From the NCBI GenBank assembly GCA_945865325.1, contig CAMBFA010000002.1:9035-73034 (forward strand): a stretch of 64,000 nucleotides of DNA, given 5' to 3'. Below the pieces are notes generated by a model. It did no database searches. It saw only the letters and a program-made list of their open reading frames with translations, and was not told the origin of the DNA. The translations under genes were made by a program, and so were the position numbers. Positions 10,026-25,010 of the stretch are shown in pieces (the stretch's first letter is position 1; the number at the start of each line of letters is the position of its first letter). The DNA comes from Candidatus Kuenenia stuttgartensis (lineage in GTDB: Bacteria; Planctomycetota; Planctomycetia; Pirellulales; UBA1268).

Positions 10026-13000
10026 ATGGCGACTCGCGCCGTCCGCCGCCTCCAGCCCAGCCAGATTCGCCGTTACGGAAGCAGCCGCGCAAGCCATGCG
10101 ATCCCCGATCTAACCGAAATCCAGACCCGCTTCTACGACCGCTTTCTCCAGTACGACACCCCGTCGTTGAAGCGGAAGGACGAGGGGATCGAGGGTGTTC
10201 TGCGGGAAATCTTCCCGATCGAGAGCTACGATCGCACCGTCAAACTCGAGTATGTCCGCTACGAGTTGGGGAAGCCCCGCTACGATCCCGATGAATGCCG
10301 CCAGTTGCGCCTCACCTACGGCCGCCCGCTCCGCGTGTGGCTGCGGCTGACGCGCGACCAGCCCGTTGAGGAGGAGGTCTATCTCGGCGATATGCCCATC
10401 ATGCTCGGTGGCGGTGAGTTCATCATCAACGGTGCCGAGCGTGTTGTTGTCAGCCAGCTGCATCGCTCGCCCGGTATCGACTTCGTCGCCGACACCGAGT
10501 CGGCCGATCGCAAGACCCACAACTGCCGAATCATTCCAGAGCGCGGGAGCTGGATCGAGCTCAATGTTTCGAAGAAGGACACGCTCCAGGTACGGATCGA
10601 TCAGAGCGGAAAGTTCTCCGCGCTCACGCTCCTCCGGGCGATGGACGAGAAGTACACCCACGACGCCGAGATCCTCAAGCTCTTCTACGAGCCGGAGAAA
10701 GTGAAGGCGGACGGCGGGCGTTACGTCCCCAAGATCGAGGGGAGGATCGCAGTCGACGACATCGTCTATCCCTCCAAGCACAAGGACGGATCGCCAAACG
10801 AGCGGGCCGGCGAGATCATCATCGAGGCCGGCTGCAAGATCTCGCACGATCAGGCCGAGCTGATCTGCACATCGGGCCTTCCGGCGGTGGAAGTGATGGA
10901 TGAGCAGAAGGTGCCGCTCATTATGAACAGCCTCCGCGAGGATGCCGACGAATCGAAGCGCCGCACTGGCGTGTCCCCCAGCCATCAGGATGCTCTCGTC
11001 CGCATTTACCAGCGGCTTCGGCCGGGCAATCCTCCGGCCCTCGACAAGGCTCGGACCCTGTTCGACGAGAAGTTCAAGGATACCAACCGCTACCGTCTCG
11101 GCCGCGTCGGCCGCTTCCGCATCAACCGCAAGCTCGGGCTTTCGGTCCCCGAGACGGAGATGACACTCCGCCCCGATGATCTGATCGCCGCGATCAAGTA
11201 CATGCTCCTTCTCTCCGAGGGGGAGAACGAGGTCGAGGTGGATGACATCGATCACCTCGGAAATCGCCGCCTGCGGACGATCGATGAGTTGGCCAGCGAC
11301 GAGCTCCGCAAGGGCTTTTTGAAACTCCGCCGCACCGTTCAGGAGCGGATGAGCCTCAAGGACGTCACGGAGATGACGCCCCGCTCGCTGATCAATCCCA
11401 AGAGCATTTCCGCGGCCATCGAGTATTTCTTTGGTCGTGGCGAACTCTCGCAGGTGGTCGATCAGACAAACCCGCTGTCAATGCTCACCCACGAACGCCG
11501 GCTCTCGGCGCTCGGACCGGGCGGCTTGAATCGCAAGCGGGCCGGTTTCGAGGTGCGCGACGTCCATATCTCCCACTACGGCCGGATCTGCCCGATCGAG
11601 ACGCCCGAAGGCACGAACATCGGCCTGATCTCGAGCCTCGCGATTTACTCGGGGGTCGATTCCTACGGCTTCCTCGTCACCCCCTACCGGAAGGTGTCGA
11701 AGTGCCGGCTCACTGATGATGTCGTCTGGTTGCGGGCCGACGAGGAGCACGATGCGACGCTCGCGCCGGCCGATGCGCCCGTCGTCGACGGCAGGATCGA
11801 GGGGGACAACATCATCGCCCGGAACCGCGGCGATTTTGTTCTCGTCCGGGCCGAGGATGTGGGCTACATCGACGTCGCTCCCAGTCAGATGGTCGGCGTT
11901 TCTGCGGGTCTGATTCCATTCCTCGAGCATGACGACGCCAACCGGGCGCTGATGGGCTCCAACATGCAGCGGCAGGCCGTGCCGCTGTTGGTCACCGAGC
12001 CCCCGATCGTGGCCACCGGTATGGAGCGCGACGTCGCGGCCAACTCCGGGCTCATCGTCCGTGCCGCCCGCAAGGGCACGGTGACCTACTGCGATGCCGA
12101 GCGGATCGAAGTCTCGCCAGGGGGCGTCGTCGCCCCCGACATCTACCGGCTGCGGAAGTACGTCGGCCTCAACGAGCGCACTTGCCAGAATCAAAAGCCG
12201 ATCATCAGTCTCGGCCAGAAGGTTGAGAAGGGGGAGGTCCTCGCTGACGGTGCCGCGATCTACAAGGGCGAGTTGGCCCTCGGCCGCAATGTCCTCGTCG
12301 GCTTCATGGCCTGGGACGGATTCAACTTTGAGGACGCGATCATCATCAGCGAGGAGCTGGTGGAGGACGACGTCTACACCTCGATCCACATCGAGGAGTA
12401 CGACATCGAAATCCGCGACACGAAGCTTGGCCGGGAGGAGTTCACCCGCGACATCCCCAATGTCGGCGAGCGTGCCCTCCATAACCTCGACGAGGGGGGA
12501 ATCGTCAAGATCGGTACCTTCGTCCGCTCCGGTGACATCCTCGTCGGTAAGGTGTCGCCGAAGAGCAAGACCGAGCTCACGCCAGAGGAAAAGCTCCTCC
12601 ACGCGATCTTCGGCCGGGCCGGCGAAGACGTGAAGAACGACTCCCTCGAGGTTCCTTCTGGTGTCGAAGGGATCGTCATCGCCACCGAGAAGTTCTCGCG
12701 CCGCATGAGCCTCTCGGAGGACGAGCGCCGCGAGTTCGAGAAGCAGCTCAAGGAGGTCGAGAACGAGGGAAATGCTCGCGTTGCCGAGACCTTCAGCGCG
12801 ATGGTCGAGGAGATCGGCAAGGCAATCGGAAAGCCGCTCACGGCGGTCGATGGCAGCCCGCTCGTCCGCGATCAGGAGCACAAGGTGGTGGCGGAGCGGG
12901 CCGCTGCCTTCCGGATCGAGGAGCTCGATCTGCGTTCGCCGAAGGCCAAGCCCGAGGTGGAAAAGATCCACAAAGCGATGTGGCCCTCCGTCGAGGATGC

Positions 13001-13799
13001 CATCGACTCCCGTGAACGGCGTCTCAACAGCATGAAGCGCGGTGATGAGCTCCGCCCCGGCGTGCTCCAGATGGTGAAGGTGTACGTCGCCGCCAAGCGG
13101 GCCATCAGCGTCGGCGACAAGATGGCCGGTCGTCACGGCAACAAGGGTGTGATCGCGAAGATTCTCCCCAAGGAAGACATGCCCTTCCTTGCCGACGGGA
13201 CGCCAGTGCAGATCCTGCTGAACCCGCTCGGCGTGCCGAGCCGCATGAACGTCGGGCAGATCCTCGAGACACACCTCGGTTGGGCCGGAAAGGTGCTCGG
13301 CTTCCAGGCGATCACGCCGGTGTTCGACGGAGCGAGCGAGGAGGAGATCAACGACGTTCTCGAAGAGGCGAACCTTCCTCGGCATGGCAAGACACAACTC
13401 TACGACGGCCGCACCGGCGAGAAGCTCGAGCAGGAGACGACCGTCGGCTACATCTACATGCTCAAGCTTCACCACCTCGTCGACGACAAGGTGCATGCCC
13501 GTTCCACCGGTCCGTACTCCCTCATCACCCAGCAGCCGCTGGGGGGCAAGGCGCGGTTCGGCGGCCAGCGGTTCGGAGAGATGGAAGTGTGGGCTCTGGA
13601 GGCTTACGGCGCTGCCTACATCCTCCAGGAGCTCCTCACCGTCAAGAGCGACGACGTCGAGGGACGCACGAAGATCTACGAGAGCATGGTGAAGGGGGAA
13701 AATACCCTCGAAGCCGGCACGCCGGCGAGCTTCGATGTGCTCACCAACGAAATCCGTGGCTTGGCTCTCAACATGTCGCTCGAGAAGCGTCGGCTCTAA
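10026..13799 (+). CDS. rpoB: DNA-directed RNA polymerase subunit beta
   Basis: About 1257 aa. [49 protein letters not shown] 10026 is preferred over the listed TTG 10020 because GGGAGA lies 7 nt upstream. Confidence 0.99.
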   Translation: MATRAVRRLQPSQIRRYGSSRASHAIPDLTEIQTRFYDRFLQYDTPSLKRKDEGIEGVLREIFPIESYDRTVKLEYVRYELGKPRYDPDECRQLRLTYGRPLRVWLRLTRDQPVEEEVYLGDMPIMLGGGEFIINGAERVVVSQLHRSPGIDFVADTESADRKTHNCRIIPERGSWIELNVSKKDTLQVRIDQSGKFSALTLLRAMDEKYTHDAEILKLFYEPEKVKADGGRYVPKIEGRIAVDDIVYPSKHKDGSPNERAGEIIIEAGCKISHDQAELICTSGLPAVEVMDEQKVPLIMNSLREDADESKRRTGVSPSHQDALVRIYQRLRPGNPPALDKARTLFDEKFKDTNRYRLGRVGRFRINRKLGLSVPETEMTLRPDDLIAAIKYMLLLSEGENEVEVDDIDHLGNRRLRTIDELASDELRKGFLKLRRTVQERMSLKDVTEMTPRSLINPKSISAAIEYFFGRGELSQVVDQTNPLSMLTHERRLSALGPGGLNRKRAGFEVRDVHISHYGRICPIETPEGTNIGLISSLAIYSGVDSYGFLVTPYRKVSKCRLTDDVVWLRADEEHDATLAPADAPVVDGRIEGDNIIARNRGDFVLVRAEDVGYIDVAPSQMVGVSAGLIPFLEHDDANRALMGSNMQRQAVPLLVTEPPIVATGMERDVAANSGLIVRAARKGTVTYCDAERIEVSPGGVVAPDIYRLRKYVGLNERTCQNQKPIISLGQKVEKGEVLADGAAIYKGELALGRNVLVGFMAWDGFNFEDAIIISEELVEDDVYTSIHIEEYDIEIRDTKLGREEFTRDIPNVGERALHNLDEGGIVKIGTFVRSGDILVGKVSPKSKTELTPEEKLLHAIFGRAGEDVKNDSLEVPSGVEGIVIATEKFSRRMSLSEDERREFEKQLKEVENEGNARVAETFSAMVEEIGKAIGKPLTAVDGSPLVRDQEHKVVAERAAAFRIEELDLRSPKAKPEVEKIHKAMWPSVEDAIDSRERRLNSMKRGDELRPGVLQMVKVYVAAKRAISVGDKMAGRHGNKGVIAKILPKEDMPFLADGTPVQILLNPLGVPSRMNVGQILETHLGWAGKVLGFQAITPVFDGASEEEINDVLEEANLPRHGKTQLYDGRTGEKLEQETTVGYIYMLKLHHLVDDKVHARSTGPYSLITQQPLGGKARFGGQRFGEMEVWALEAYGAAYILQELLTVKSDDVEGRTKIYESMVKGENTLEAGTPASFDVLTNEIRGLALNMSLEKRRL

Positions 13800-13938
13800 T
13801 CGCCCCTTCCCACCGCCGACCCCGGTGGGTGACGCAACCGTGTCACCCACCGGTCCCTGTTTTTCCCACCGCATCCGATCCCGGCGACCGCAAAGCCACC
13901 CTCAACAGCCCATCAGGGTCCTTCCAAGGAGCCGTCTC

Positions 13939-18279
<4,341 letters not shown>

Positions 18280-18399
18280 CCGGCTTTGGGCAGGTCGTAA
18301 CGGTCGGTCCGGACGTTCCATGAAGAGCCGCCCGAGTGCGGTCGGGTACTCGGTGGCGCCGAAGGAACTTGGAACGGCCTTTCCTCCGGAGTCCCCCCG

Positions 18400-19347
18400 A
18401 TGCATTCCCTCCTTGCCCTCCGCCGGACAGGGCCTTTCGATCGACGCTTCCAGGAATCGGGGGCGGTGCTCCTCGGATTCGTGCTGGCCGTGACTGGAAG
18501 CGGCTCGCTCCCGGTCGTGCTCGCGCAGGTGGCCCCCTACAACCCCTACGCTGACAGCCAGGATCCCACGCCGTCGGTCCTTCCCGACGGCACGATCCAT
18601 TGGGGAACGTTCTTCAAGTCGGCGGCGATCCAAAAGGCCTATGAACGGCTCTGGAACCTCGGCGCCTGCCGGAACACGAACAAGGCGATCACACTCCCCG
18701 TGGAGAACAACAAGCTGTTGATCGACAGCCTCCCGAAGGATGAGTTTCGTGGGGTGGTGAAGGGGGTCACCGGCACCAATGCCGGGGGCGCCGTGGCCTT
18801 TCTCCAGACCTCCAACGACGGCACGGAACCGGTGGAGCGGGTCGCGCTCCTCCATCCCGCCGGAGTGTCACGCGTAGAAGTCAACGGGACGGCTGCCGTC
18901 TCCCTGCTCAGCCCCGGCATGCTTGTCCGTTTCCAGGCGAACGTCGACGGCAAAGGGAGGGCTTCGACCCCGATTCAGCTCATCCATGTCGCCACCCCAT
19001 CGGCGGATGCCAAGCCGACGGCCGTCACGCCGGGGATCGAAGAGATGATCGTCGGAAAGGTCGTCCAGCTGAAGCGGGGCACGCTCTCCGTCCATGTCGA
19101 CGCCGGGAAGATCCGGCGCCTCACGCTCCCCTTGGCCGAGGACGCCGTCGTCGAAGTTGCCACATCCCAGATCGGGATGGTCAGGGCCGGTGACGTCATC
19201 GAGATCAAGGGACGGCTCTGGACGGGCGAGGGGGCACTCGGTGACGGCACCGTCTTCGCAGACAGCGTCAATGTCACCAAAATCATCGATACCCCCGGCA
19301 AGAGCCCTGGGGATCAGGCCGACGTCGGTAACCTGGGCGCCCGCTGA
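18400..19347 (+). CDS. Hypothetical secreted protein
   Basis: 315 aa with high GC3. N-terminal hydrophobic segment AVLLGFVLAVTGSGSLPVVLAQV looks like a signal peptide. No family recognised. Confidence 0.6.
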   Translation: MHSLLALRRTGPFDRRFQESGAVLLGFVLAVTGSGSLPVVLAQVAPYNPYADSQDPTPSVLPDGTIHWGTFFKSAAIQKAYERLWNLGACRNTNKAITLPVENNKLLIDSLPKDEFRGVVKGVTGTNAGGAVAFLQTSNDGTEPVERVALLHPAGVSRVEVNGTAAVSLLSPGMLVRFQANVDGKGRASTPIQLIHVATPSADAKPTAVTPGIEEMIVGKVVQLKRGTLSVHVDAGKIRRLTLPLAEDAVVEVATSQIGMVRAGDVIEIKGRLWTGEGALGDGTVFADSVNVTKIIDTPGKSPGDQADVGNLGAR

Positions 19348-19355
19348 CCGGTGCT

Positions 19356-19383
19356 GGCCCCGCGGCGCTTCCCCGGCGGGGCC
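19356..19383 (+). terminator. GC-rich hairpin after the hypothetical gene (no U-tract)
   Basis: GGCCCCGC - 12-nt loop - GCGGGGCC, 9 nt after the stop at 19347. Confidence 0.3.
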
Positions 19384-19415
19384 CCGTATGCCAGACTCAC
19401 GGGGATGGACGGTAG

Positions 19416-20594
19416 GTGCGGCGCCGGAACGCCGCGTTCAGCCGCGATTTCGCCGGAGATTCTCCCGTGGCGGCACGATCCTCCGTTCCGCGTGACGTGC
19501 CCTGGCCGCTCCTTCTCGGCCTCGGAGCGGCGGCCGTGCTCGCTGCTGTCGTGCTCCTCGCCACTCGGGATGCCCCCCGCGCGGGCCGAGCCCAAGGACG
19601 GGGCTTCGAGGCGACCCGCCCCGGCTCGGCAGCCTCGGCGGCCGAGCCTCCCCGAGGAATGGTGTGGATCCCCGGCGGCGAGTTCTCGATGGGATGCGAT
19701 GACCCGCGTGGCAGACCGTTCGGCGGCAACGATCCGATGCCCGACGGCCGGCCAGTGCACCGTGTCCACGTCGACGGATTCTGGATGGACACCACCGAGG
19801 TCACCAACGACCAGTTCGCCACGTTCGCGGCCGCGACCGGCTATGTGACCGTGGCTGAGACGCCCCCCCGCGCCGAGGATTTCCCCGAAGCGCCGGCCGA
19901 GAACCTCGTTGCCGGCTCGATCGTCTTCGCGCCGCCCGAGGGACCGGTGTCCCTCGACAACCACTACCAGTGGTGGACGTACGTCCCGGGGGCCTGTTGG
20001 CGTTCCCCCACCGGCCCGGACAGCTCGATCGAGGGGCATGGTGGCGATCCGGTGGTGCAGATCGCCTATGACGACGCCGTGGCGTTTGCGACCTGGGCCG
20101 GCAAACGCCTTCCGACCGAGGCCGAATGGGAGTTTGCCGCCCGCGGTGGCATGACTGGATCGATGTACCCATGGGGAGACGAGTTTCACCCGGAAGGGCG
20201 GGAGATGGCCAACATCTGGCAGGGGCCGTTTCCGGCGAACAACACCGCCGCGGACGGCTTCGTATTCGCAGCGCCGGTCGCCACGTTCCCAGCCAACCCA
20301 TACGGCCTGTACGACATGTCGGGCAACGTTTGGGAGTGGTGTTCCGACTGGTACCGCCCCGACACCTACGCCCGCGATGCCCGCAGGTCGGCCCAGCCGC
20401 TGCGCAATCCGCAGGGACCGGACACGAGCCACGACCCGCAGGAACCGGGCCAGGCGAAACGGGCGCTGCGGGGAGGCTCGTTCCTTTGCACCGACCAATA
20501 CTGCTCCCGGTACATCGTCGGCACGCGGGGGAAGGGGGAGGTGTCGTCAGGGGCCAACCACATCGGTTTCCGCTGCGTACGGTCGCCAGAGTGA
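19416..20594 (+). CDS. Formylglycine-generating enzyme family protein (FGE-sulfatase/SUMF1 domain)
   Basis: MVWIPGGEFSMGCDD, HRVHVDGFWMDTTEVTNDQF, LPTEAEWEFAARGG, YGLYDMSGNVWEWCSDWY, RGGSFLCTDQYCSRY, GFRCVR. The listed start is GTG. In-frame GTG 19467 before the membrane anchor is also possible. Confidence 0.9.
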   Translation: MRRRNAAFSRDFAGDSPVAARSSVPRDVPWPLLLGLGAAAVLAAVVLLATRDAPRAGRAQGRGFEATRPGSAASAAEPPRGMVWIPGGEFSMGCDDPRGRPFGGNDPMPDGRPVHRVHVDGFWMDTTEVTNDQFATFAAATGYVTVAETPPRAEDFPEAPAENLVAGSIVFAPPEGPVSLDNHYQWWTYVPGACWRSPTGPDSSIEGHGGDPVVQIAYDDAVAFATWAGKRLPTEAEWEFAARGGMTGSMYPWGDEFHPEGREMANIWQGPFPANNTAADGFVFAAPVATFPANPYGLYDMSGNVWEWCSDWYRPDTYARDARRSAQPLRNPQGPDTSHDPQEPGQAKRALRGGSFLCTDQYCSRYIVGTRGKGEVSSGANHIGFRCVRSPE

Positions 20595-22379
20595 TCAGGT
20601 CGCCCCCCCCCCGAGCAGCCGACGAAAGTCACTCCAGCCGAGGGTATTGACGACGTCGGCGTGGGTCAGCCCGGCACGGCGCGCCTGGAGGACGCCGCAC
20701 CGCATCACGCCGAGCCCCCGGACCGAATGAGCGTCGGTCGAGATCACCATCCTCACGCCGGCCCGTCGAGCGGCTGCCGCGTGGTGATCGTCGAGGTCGA
20801 GACGGCTCGGATGGGCATTGATTTCCAGGAACGTGCCCGCCGCAGCCGCAGCCGCGATCACCGCTTCCATGTCGACGTCGTAGGCGGGGCGGCGATTGAT
20901 GAGGCGGCCGGTGGGATGCCCGATGACCCTCACCGCGGGATGGCGGATCGCCTCCAGGATCCGCTCCGTGATCCGGTCCCTGGGCTGTGACTGCCCGTAG
21001 TGGAGACTCGCGACGACCCAATCGGCGCGCGCGAGCACGTCGTCGGGAAGGTCGAGCCCGCCACGCTCAAGCATGTCGACCTCGATCCCCTTGAGCACAA
21101 CGATCGGCGCCGGCCCCTCGGCGGCGAGCGACTCATTGAGCCTGTCGATCCGATCCCACTGCTCGAGGAGCCGCGTTCTATCGAGCCCGTGGGCCATCGT
21201 GACACGCTGGCCATGATCGGTGATCGCGACATACTCGAGGCCTCGCTCCCGCGCGCCGCGGACCATCTCGACAAGCGTGTCCTCACCGTCGGTGTCGGTG
21301 GTGTGCATGTGGAGATCGCCACGGATCTCCTGCTCCTCGAGAAGGAGGGGGAGCCTCCTCTCGGCCGCAAGCAGGACCTCGTCGCGCCCCTCACGCAGTT
21401 CCGGGGGAATCCAGGCGAGTCCGAGGGCCCCGTAGACCTCGGCCTCGGTCGCCGCCGGAGGGGGCGTTGCCGGGGCGACGGACCCGACCGGCTGGAAGCC
21501 ATATTCGTTGAGCGACCAGCCCCGCTCGCGCGCCCACGAACGGAGGCGGATGTTGTGCTCCTTCGAGCCGGTGAAGTACTGCCAGGCGGCCCCGAAGGAG
21601 GGCGCCCCAACGACCCGGAGATCGAACTGGAGGCCGCGCGGCCCACGGATGCTCGACTTCGTCGGGCCCGCCACGATTCCCTCCACCGCATGGGCCCACC
21701 GCCGGAAGTGCTCCATCACCGCCACGGCGTCGGTCGCCACGGCGACAAGATCGATGTCGCCGACCGTCTCGCACCCCCGCCGCCAACTCCCGGCCGCCTC
21801 GATCCGCTCGACAGCCGGACAGACGCGCATCCAGGCGACAATGTCGGTGACAACCTGATCGGCTTCCTCCCAGAGTTGCCGCGGCACGGCAGCGCCCCTC
21901 ACGAAGGCGATGTTCTTGAGGATCATGGCTTCCGTCTTTTCGCCAAACCCCTTCACCCCGCGCACCGTTGCGGCGCGGCAGGCCGCCTCGAGGCCATCGA
22001 GCGAATCAATCCCCAGGGAATCGACCAGCAGGCGGACCTTCTTCGGCCCGAGCCCGGGCACCCGCAGCAGATCGAAGACCCCGACCGGAACCCGGGCCGA
22101 CAACTCCTCGAGGAGCGGAAGTTTGCCGGTGTCGAGGATCGTCTCGATCTTGGCGGCGAGATCCCTGCCGATGCCATCGAGGTCGGTAAGGGATCGTGCT
22201 TCGTCCCCGCGGATCGATTCGAGGGAATCGACCTGATCGGCGATGGTCCGGGCCGCGGCGCGGTAGGCGCGGATCCGGAACGCGTTCTCCCCGTCGTATT
22301 CGAGGAGTTCGGCGAGGCGATCGAAGAGGGCGGCGACGTCGGCGTTGTTCAAGGAGGATCCCGCTGGAACGAACCTCAC
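20595..22379 (-). CDS. polX: Family X DNA polymerase with C-terminal PHP domain
   Basis: N-terminal NADVAALFDRLAELLEYDGENAFRIRAYRAAARTI, HhH LLRVPGLGPKKVRLL, PHP GDLHMHTTDTDGEDTLVEMV...YVAITDHG...ISTDAHS. The listed start at 22742 overlaps the upstream gene in another frame. In-frame GTG at 22379 lies 4 nt after the upstream stop. Confidence 0.9.
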   Translation of the reverse strand: MRFVPAGSSLNNADVAALFDRLAELLEYDGENAFRIRAYRAAARTIADQVDSLESIRGDEARSLTDLDGIGRDLAAKIETILDTGKLPLLEELSARVPVGVFDLLRVPGLGPKKVRLLVDSLGIDSLDGLEAACRAATVRGVKGFGEKTEAMILKNIAFVRGAAVPRQLWEEADQVVTDIVAWMRVCPAVERIEAAGSWRRGCETVGDIDLVAVATDAVAVMEHFRRWAHAVEGIVAGPTKSSIRGPRGLQFDLRVVGAPSFGAAWQYFTGSKEHNIRLRSWARERGWSLNEYGFQPVGSVAPATPPPAATEAEVYGALGLAWIPPELREGRDEVLLAAERRLPLLLEEQEIRGDLHMHTTDTDGEDTLVEMVRGARERGLEYVAITDHGQRVTMAHGLDRTRLLEQWDRIDRLNESLAAEGPAPIVVLKGIEVDMLERGGLDLPDDVLARADWVVASLHYGQSQPRDRITERILEAIRHPAVRVIGHPTGRLINRRPAYDVDMEAVIAAAAAAGTFLEINAHPSRLDLDDHHAAAARRAGVRMVISTDAHSVRGLGVMRCGVLQARRAGLTHADVVNTLGWSDFRRLLGGGAT

Positions 22380-22383
22380 CAGC

Positions 22384-23658
22384 TCACTGCTGCGGACGCG
22401 ACGGCAGGGCTGCGGTGGGATAGGGGGTCGGACGGGGCGCAACCGGCTGCCATGACGTGGTGTGGGCCGTCGGCGCGAGGAGTCGCGGGAAGGCCCCGGT
22501 GGTCGTTCCCGGCCCGGGCCCCGGGACCGTCGGCATGCCGGGAGTCGTTCCACGGGGGGAAGGGGCGGCAGGTGCCAGCGGGATCGGAACGAGTCGCTGG
22601 GCACCGGCCTGGGGGACAGCATCCCCGCTGATCGGCTTGTCGGTGGGGGCCTGCACGGCGGCCGGTGCGGGGGAGGCCGATCCCACCGCCGGGGCCACAG
22701 CGCTGGTTCCCGACGCGGCCGGCGCCGAACCGACCTGGCCACCGCTCTGCGGCAATTCTGTGACCGGCCTCAACGATGGGGCCGGGGTGAGCGGGGGTGG
22801 ATTGGTCGGCTGGAGTAGCGGCGTCTGTGGCTGGGGCACCGGGAAGGCCCCACTCTGGGGAACGATCTGCGGTTGATAGGTCGGCGGCGCCACGGAGCCC
22901 CCCTGCTGGAGAACCGGAGCCGAGATGTTCGTCTGGCCGGGGACGACTTGCTGGTTAATATCGGCGCCGGCGGCGCCCCACGCCTGCGGCGTCGTCTGTA
23001 CCGGCGCGGCGAACGGGCTCGTCGCTGCCCCTGCCGGCCCCGGAGCGACGCTGGTCCCCGGAACCCACGCCGATGACGGCGCTGCGGCGGCCGGTGCCGC
23101 CACGGGCGCTCCCACCATCGGCTGGGCGTAGGCGGGCTGTCCATACGCCGGCTGGCCGTAGGCGGGCTGGGCATATCCCTGCTGGGGCTGCATCTGGACG
23201 TATTTCGTGGAATAGACGGCGCGGTACTGCGTGACCGGGACGTTGACCGCCTGCTGGACGTAGTTCGTCACCTGCTCCATGCAATCACGCGGGCAACCGG
23301 TGCAGGGATCGATCTCGCAGGAGGGCTTGTAACTGGTCACCGGCACCGAGCGGTATTCGGTCCGATACGTCGTCTCGGGGACGTAGCTCACCTGCTGAAC
23401 GGGAACCGTCACGGGGGGTGGAGGGGCGATGGGCACCGGCGCCATCGCTGGCGCCATCGCCGGCGCCATCGCCATCGCGGGCGCCGCCACCGGAGCCATG
23501 ACCGGTGCGACGGCGTAGGCCTGGGGGGCCTTGTAGAAGCAGGAATGGAAACCTGCAAACATGTTATTGAGACAGCACTGCGCCGAGCCGACGCGAGGGG
23601 CTCCTAGCGCCAGGGCCCCAGCCAGGTTCAGCGTCACGACCAACCGCCGCACGTTCAT
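22384..23658 (-). CDS. Pro/Ala/Gln-rich low-complexity secreted protein with Cys-containing N-terminal region
   Basis: Signal peptide MNVRRLVVTLNLAGALALGAPRVGSAQ. Peptide repeats AMAPAMAPAMAP and QPAYGQPAYGQPAY. Cys motifs CCLNNMFAGFHSC and CEIDPCTGCPRDC. No family recognised. Confidence 0.65.
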   Translation of the reverse strand: MNVRRLVVTLNLAGALALGAPRVGSAQCCLNNMFAGFHSCFYKAPQAYAVAPVMAPVAAPAMAMAPAMAPAMAPVPIAPPPPVTVPVQQVSYVPETTYRTEYRSVPVTSYKPSCEIDPCTGCPRDCMEQVTNYVQQAVNVPVTQYRAVYSTKYVQMQPQQGYAQPAYGQPAYGQPAYAQPMVGAPVAAPAAAAPSSAWVPGTSVAPGPAGAATSPFAAPVQTTPQAWGAAGADINQQVVPGQTNISAPVLQQGGSVAPPTYQPQIVPQSGAFPVPQPQTPLLQPTNPPPLTPAPSLRPVTELPQSGGQVGSAPAASGTSAVAPAVGSASPAPAAVQAPTDKPISGDAVPQAGAQRLVPIPLAPAAPSPRGTTPGMPTVPGPGPGTTTGAFPRLLAPTAHTTSWQPVAPRPTPYPTAALPSRPQQ

Positions 23659-23914
23659 GACTCACTCCTCGGAATCACCCGAATGCCATCCCACCATTCG
23701 CCGCAGCGGCTGGCCAGCACGGGCCTGGCCACCTCTGCCATCCTGTCTAGCGTAGGTTGCCGACCCGGGGAGCTGGGCAATTTATCTCGGTGATAAAAAC
23801 GTGAATTTCAGCTGCGGTCACCGCAGAACCGGCACCAATCGCACGATCGGCACGACCGACCGGCACCGGCACTTCCGCGAAGGGCCACCCGACGGGAAAC
23901 CCCCGGACGCTCCG

Positions 23915-24541
23915 TCACGGCGGCAACTGCTGCCGGCCCCGTTCGAAGCGGTCGTAGAGCCGGTCCAGGGCCTGCCGCACGTCCCCGTTGGCCGCGCCGA
24001 GCGCCGCATCCAGATCGGCGGCGACGATCGTCCTGCCGAACCACTCGTCATGGTCGGGGAGCTCGCCGACGAGTGCCCCAAGGATCGCTCTGGTGCCCCG
24101 ACAGGAGATCAGTGTCGGCAGGCCCGCCGGACCGTGGGATGTGACCAGCAGGCCGACTCTGCGAGCCCTGGCCAGACCGCGGACGACGGCACGGCCGGTC
24201 AATCCGAGGAGCTCCCAACTGTCGATGCACAGCAGCCCGCCCCGGGAAGCATCGCAGACCGAGCGGACGGCGGCGGGGATGTCGCGCCGGCTCCGCAGCC
24301 TGGCCCTGCCCACGGGCCGTTTCCCGGCCGCGATGAAGTCGCCCAGATGGGAGAGTACGGTCGACTTCCCCGTCCCATGCGGACCGACGATCGCCCCCGA
24401 TCCCCCGAGCGCATCGAGCCTGGCGACGAGCGACGCGAGATTGAGAATCCCGCCCTGCTCGTCCCGTGGCAGAAGACGGGCCGACGCGATGTATCGCGTG
24501 GCGAATGGATTGGGACGGTGAATCGTCTGTCCGACATCCAT
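23915..24541 (-). CDS. Small P-loop NTPase of unknown function
   Basis: Walker A GPHGTGKST and Walker-B-like GGLLCIDSWE. ATG 24541 (MDVGQTIHRPNPF) lies 22 nt after the upstream stop. The listed 24619 start overlaps the upstream gene. Confidence 0.7.
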   Translation of the reverse strand: MDVGQTIHRPNPFATRYIASARLLPRDEQGGILNLASLVARLDALGGSGAIVGPHGTGKSTVLSHLGDFIAAGKRPVGRARLRSRRDIPAAVRSVCDASRGGLLCIDSWELLGLTGRAVVRGLARARRVGLLVTSHGPAGLPTLISCRGTRAILGALVGELPDHDEWFGRTIVAADLDAALGAANGDVRQALDRLYDRFERGRQQLPP

Positions 24542-24563
24542 GGTGCGACGTCCCGGGGATGGC

Positions 24564-25010
24564 TCACGGCAGGATCGATGGAGGAACGCGGCCGACGGTG
24601 AACACGTGCTCCGAAACATGGTCGCGTCCCGACTCGAAGAAGATTCGCAGGCGGATGCACCAGCGGATCTTCACGATCACCCCTTCATAGGACAGTGGGC
24701 TCGGCGGCAGTTGGAGGGCGAAGGTGCCCTCCGGCACGACGCGATCGATGGTCTCGGGCGTCAAGAAGCGCTCGAAGAAATGGACACCGAGATCCTCCTC
24801 CCCCTTCCCCTCGGTGTACCACAGGGCGGAGCGTTCCAGTGCGCGGGGCCGCTCTCCGTTGAGGCCATCGATGGTGTACTCGGCCGTGACCCATTCTCCC
24901 GGCTCGTACCTCCGGCCCGGATGACCGAAACGGAGCTCCATCCGCGGGAAAGGCGGCGTTGAACCGGCGGGACCATAGGCGGTTCCCGCGTGGCTATCGG
25001 CAGCGTTCAT
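24564..25010 (-). CDS. Soluble arrestin-like/beta-sandwich-like protein, paralogous to the C-terminal domain of the upstream membrane protein
   Basis: ATG 25010 overlaps the upstream stop (ATGA at 25007-25010). Motifs GHPGRRYEPGEWV and LPPSPLSYEGVIVKIRWCIRLRIFF match HPLVPGRRYDVRL and IPADAMHSFSSENNAVQWRIVVRAQ in the neighbouring protein. Confidence 0.65.
   Translation of the reverse strand: MNAADSHAGTAYGPAGSTPPFPRMELRFGHPGRRYEPGEWVTAEYTIDGLNGERPRALERSALWYTEGKGEEDLGVHFFERFLTPETIDRVVPEGTFALQLPPSPLSYEGVIVKIRWCIRLRIFFESGRDHVSEHVFTVGRVPPSILP

Noticed and set aside
13735-13938. Listed N-terminal extensions that make genes overlap their upstream neighbours: rpoC from 13735, PolX from 22742, NUDIX from 38391, scpB from 45624, beta-CASP from 55082, CotH from 51414
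   Set aside because: The extensions are Arg/Pro-rich junk lying in another frame of a well-supported upstream gene. In each case an in-frame start sits just after, or overlapping, the upstream stop and gives a family-typical N-terminus.
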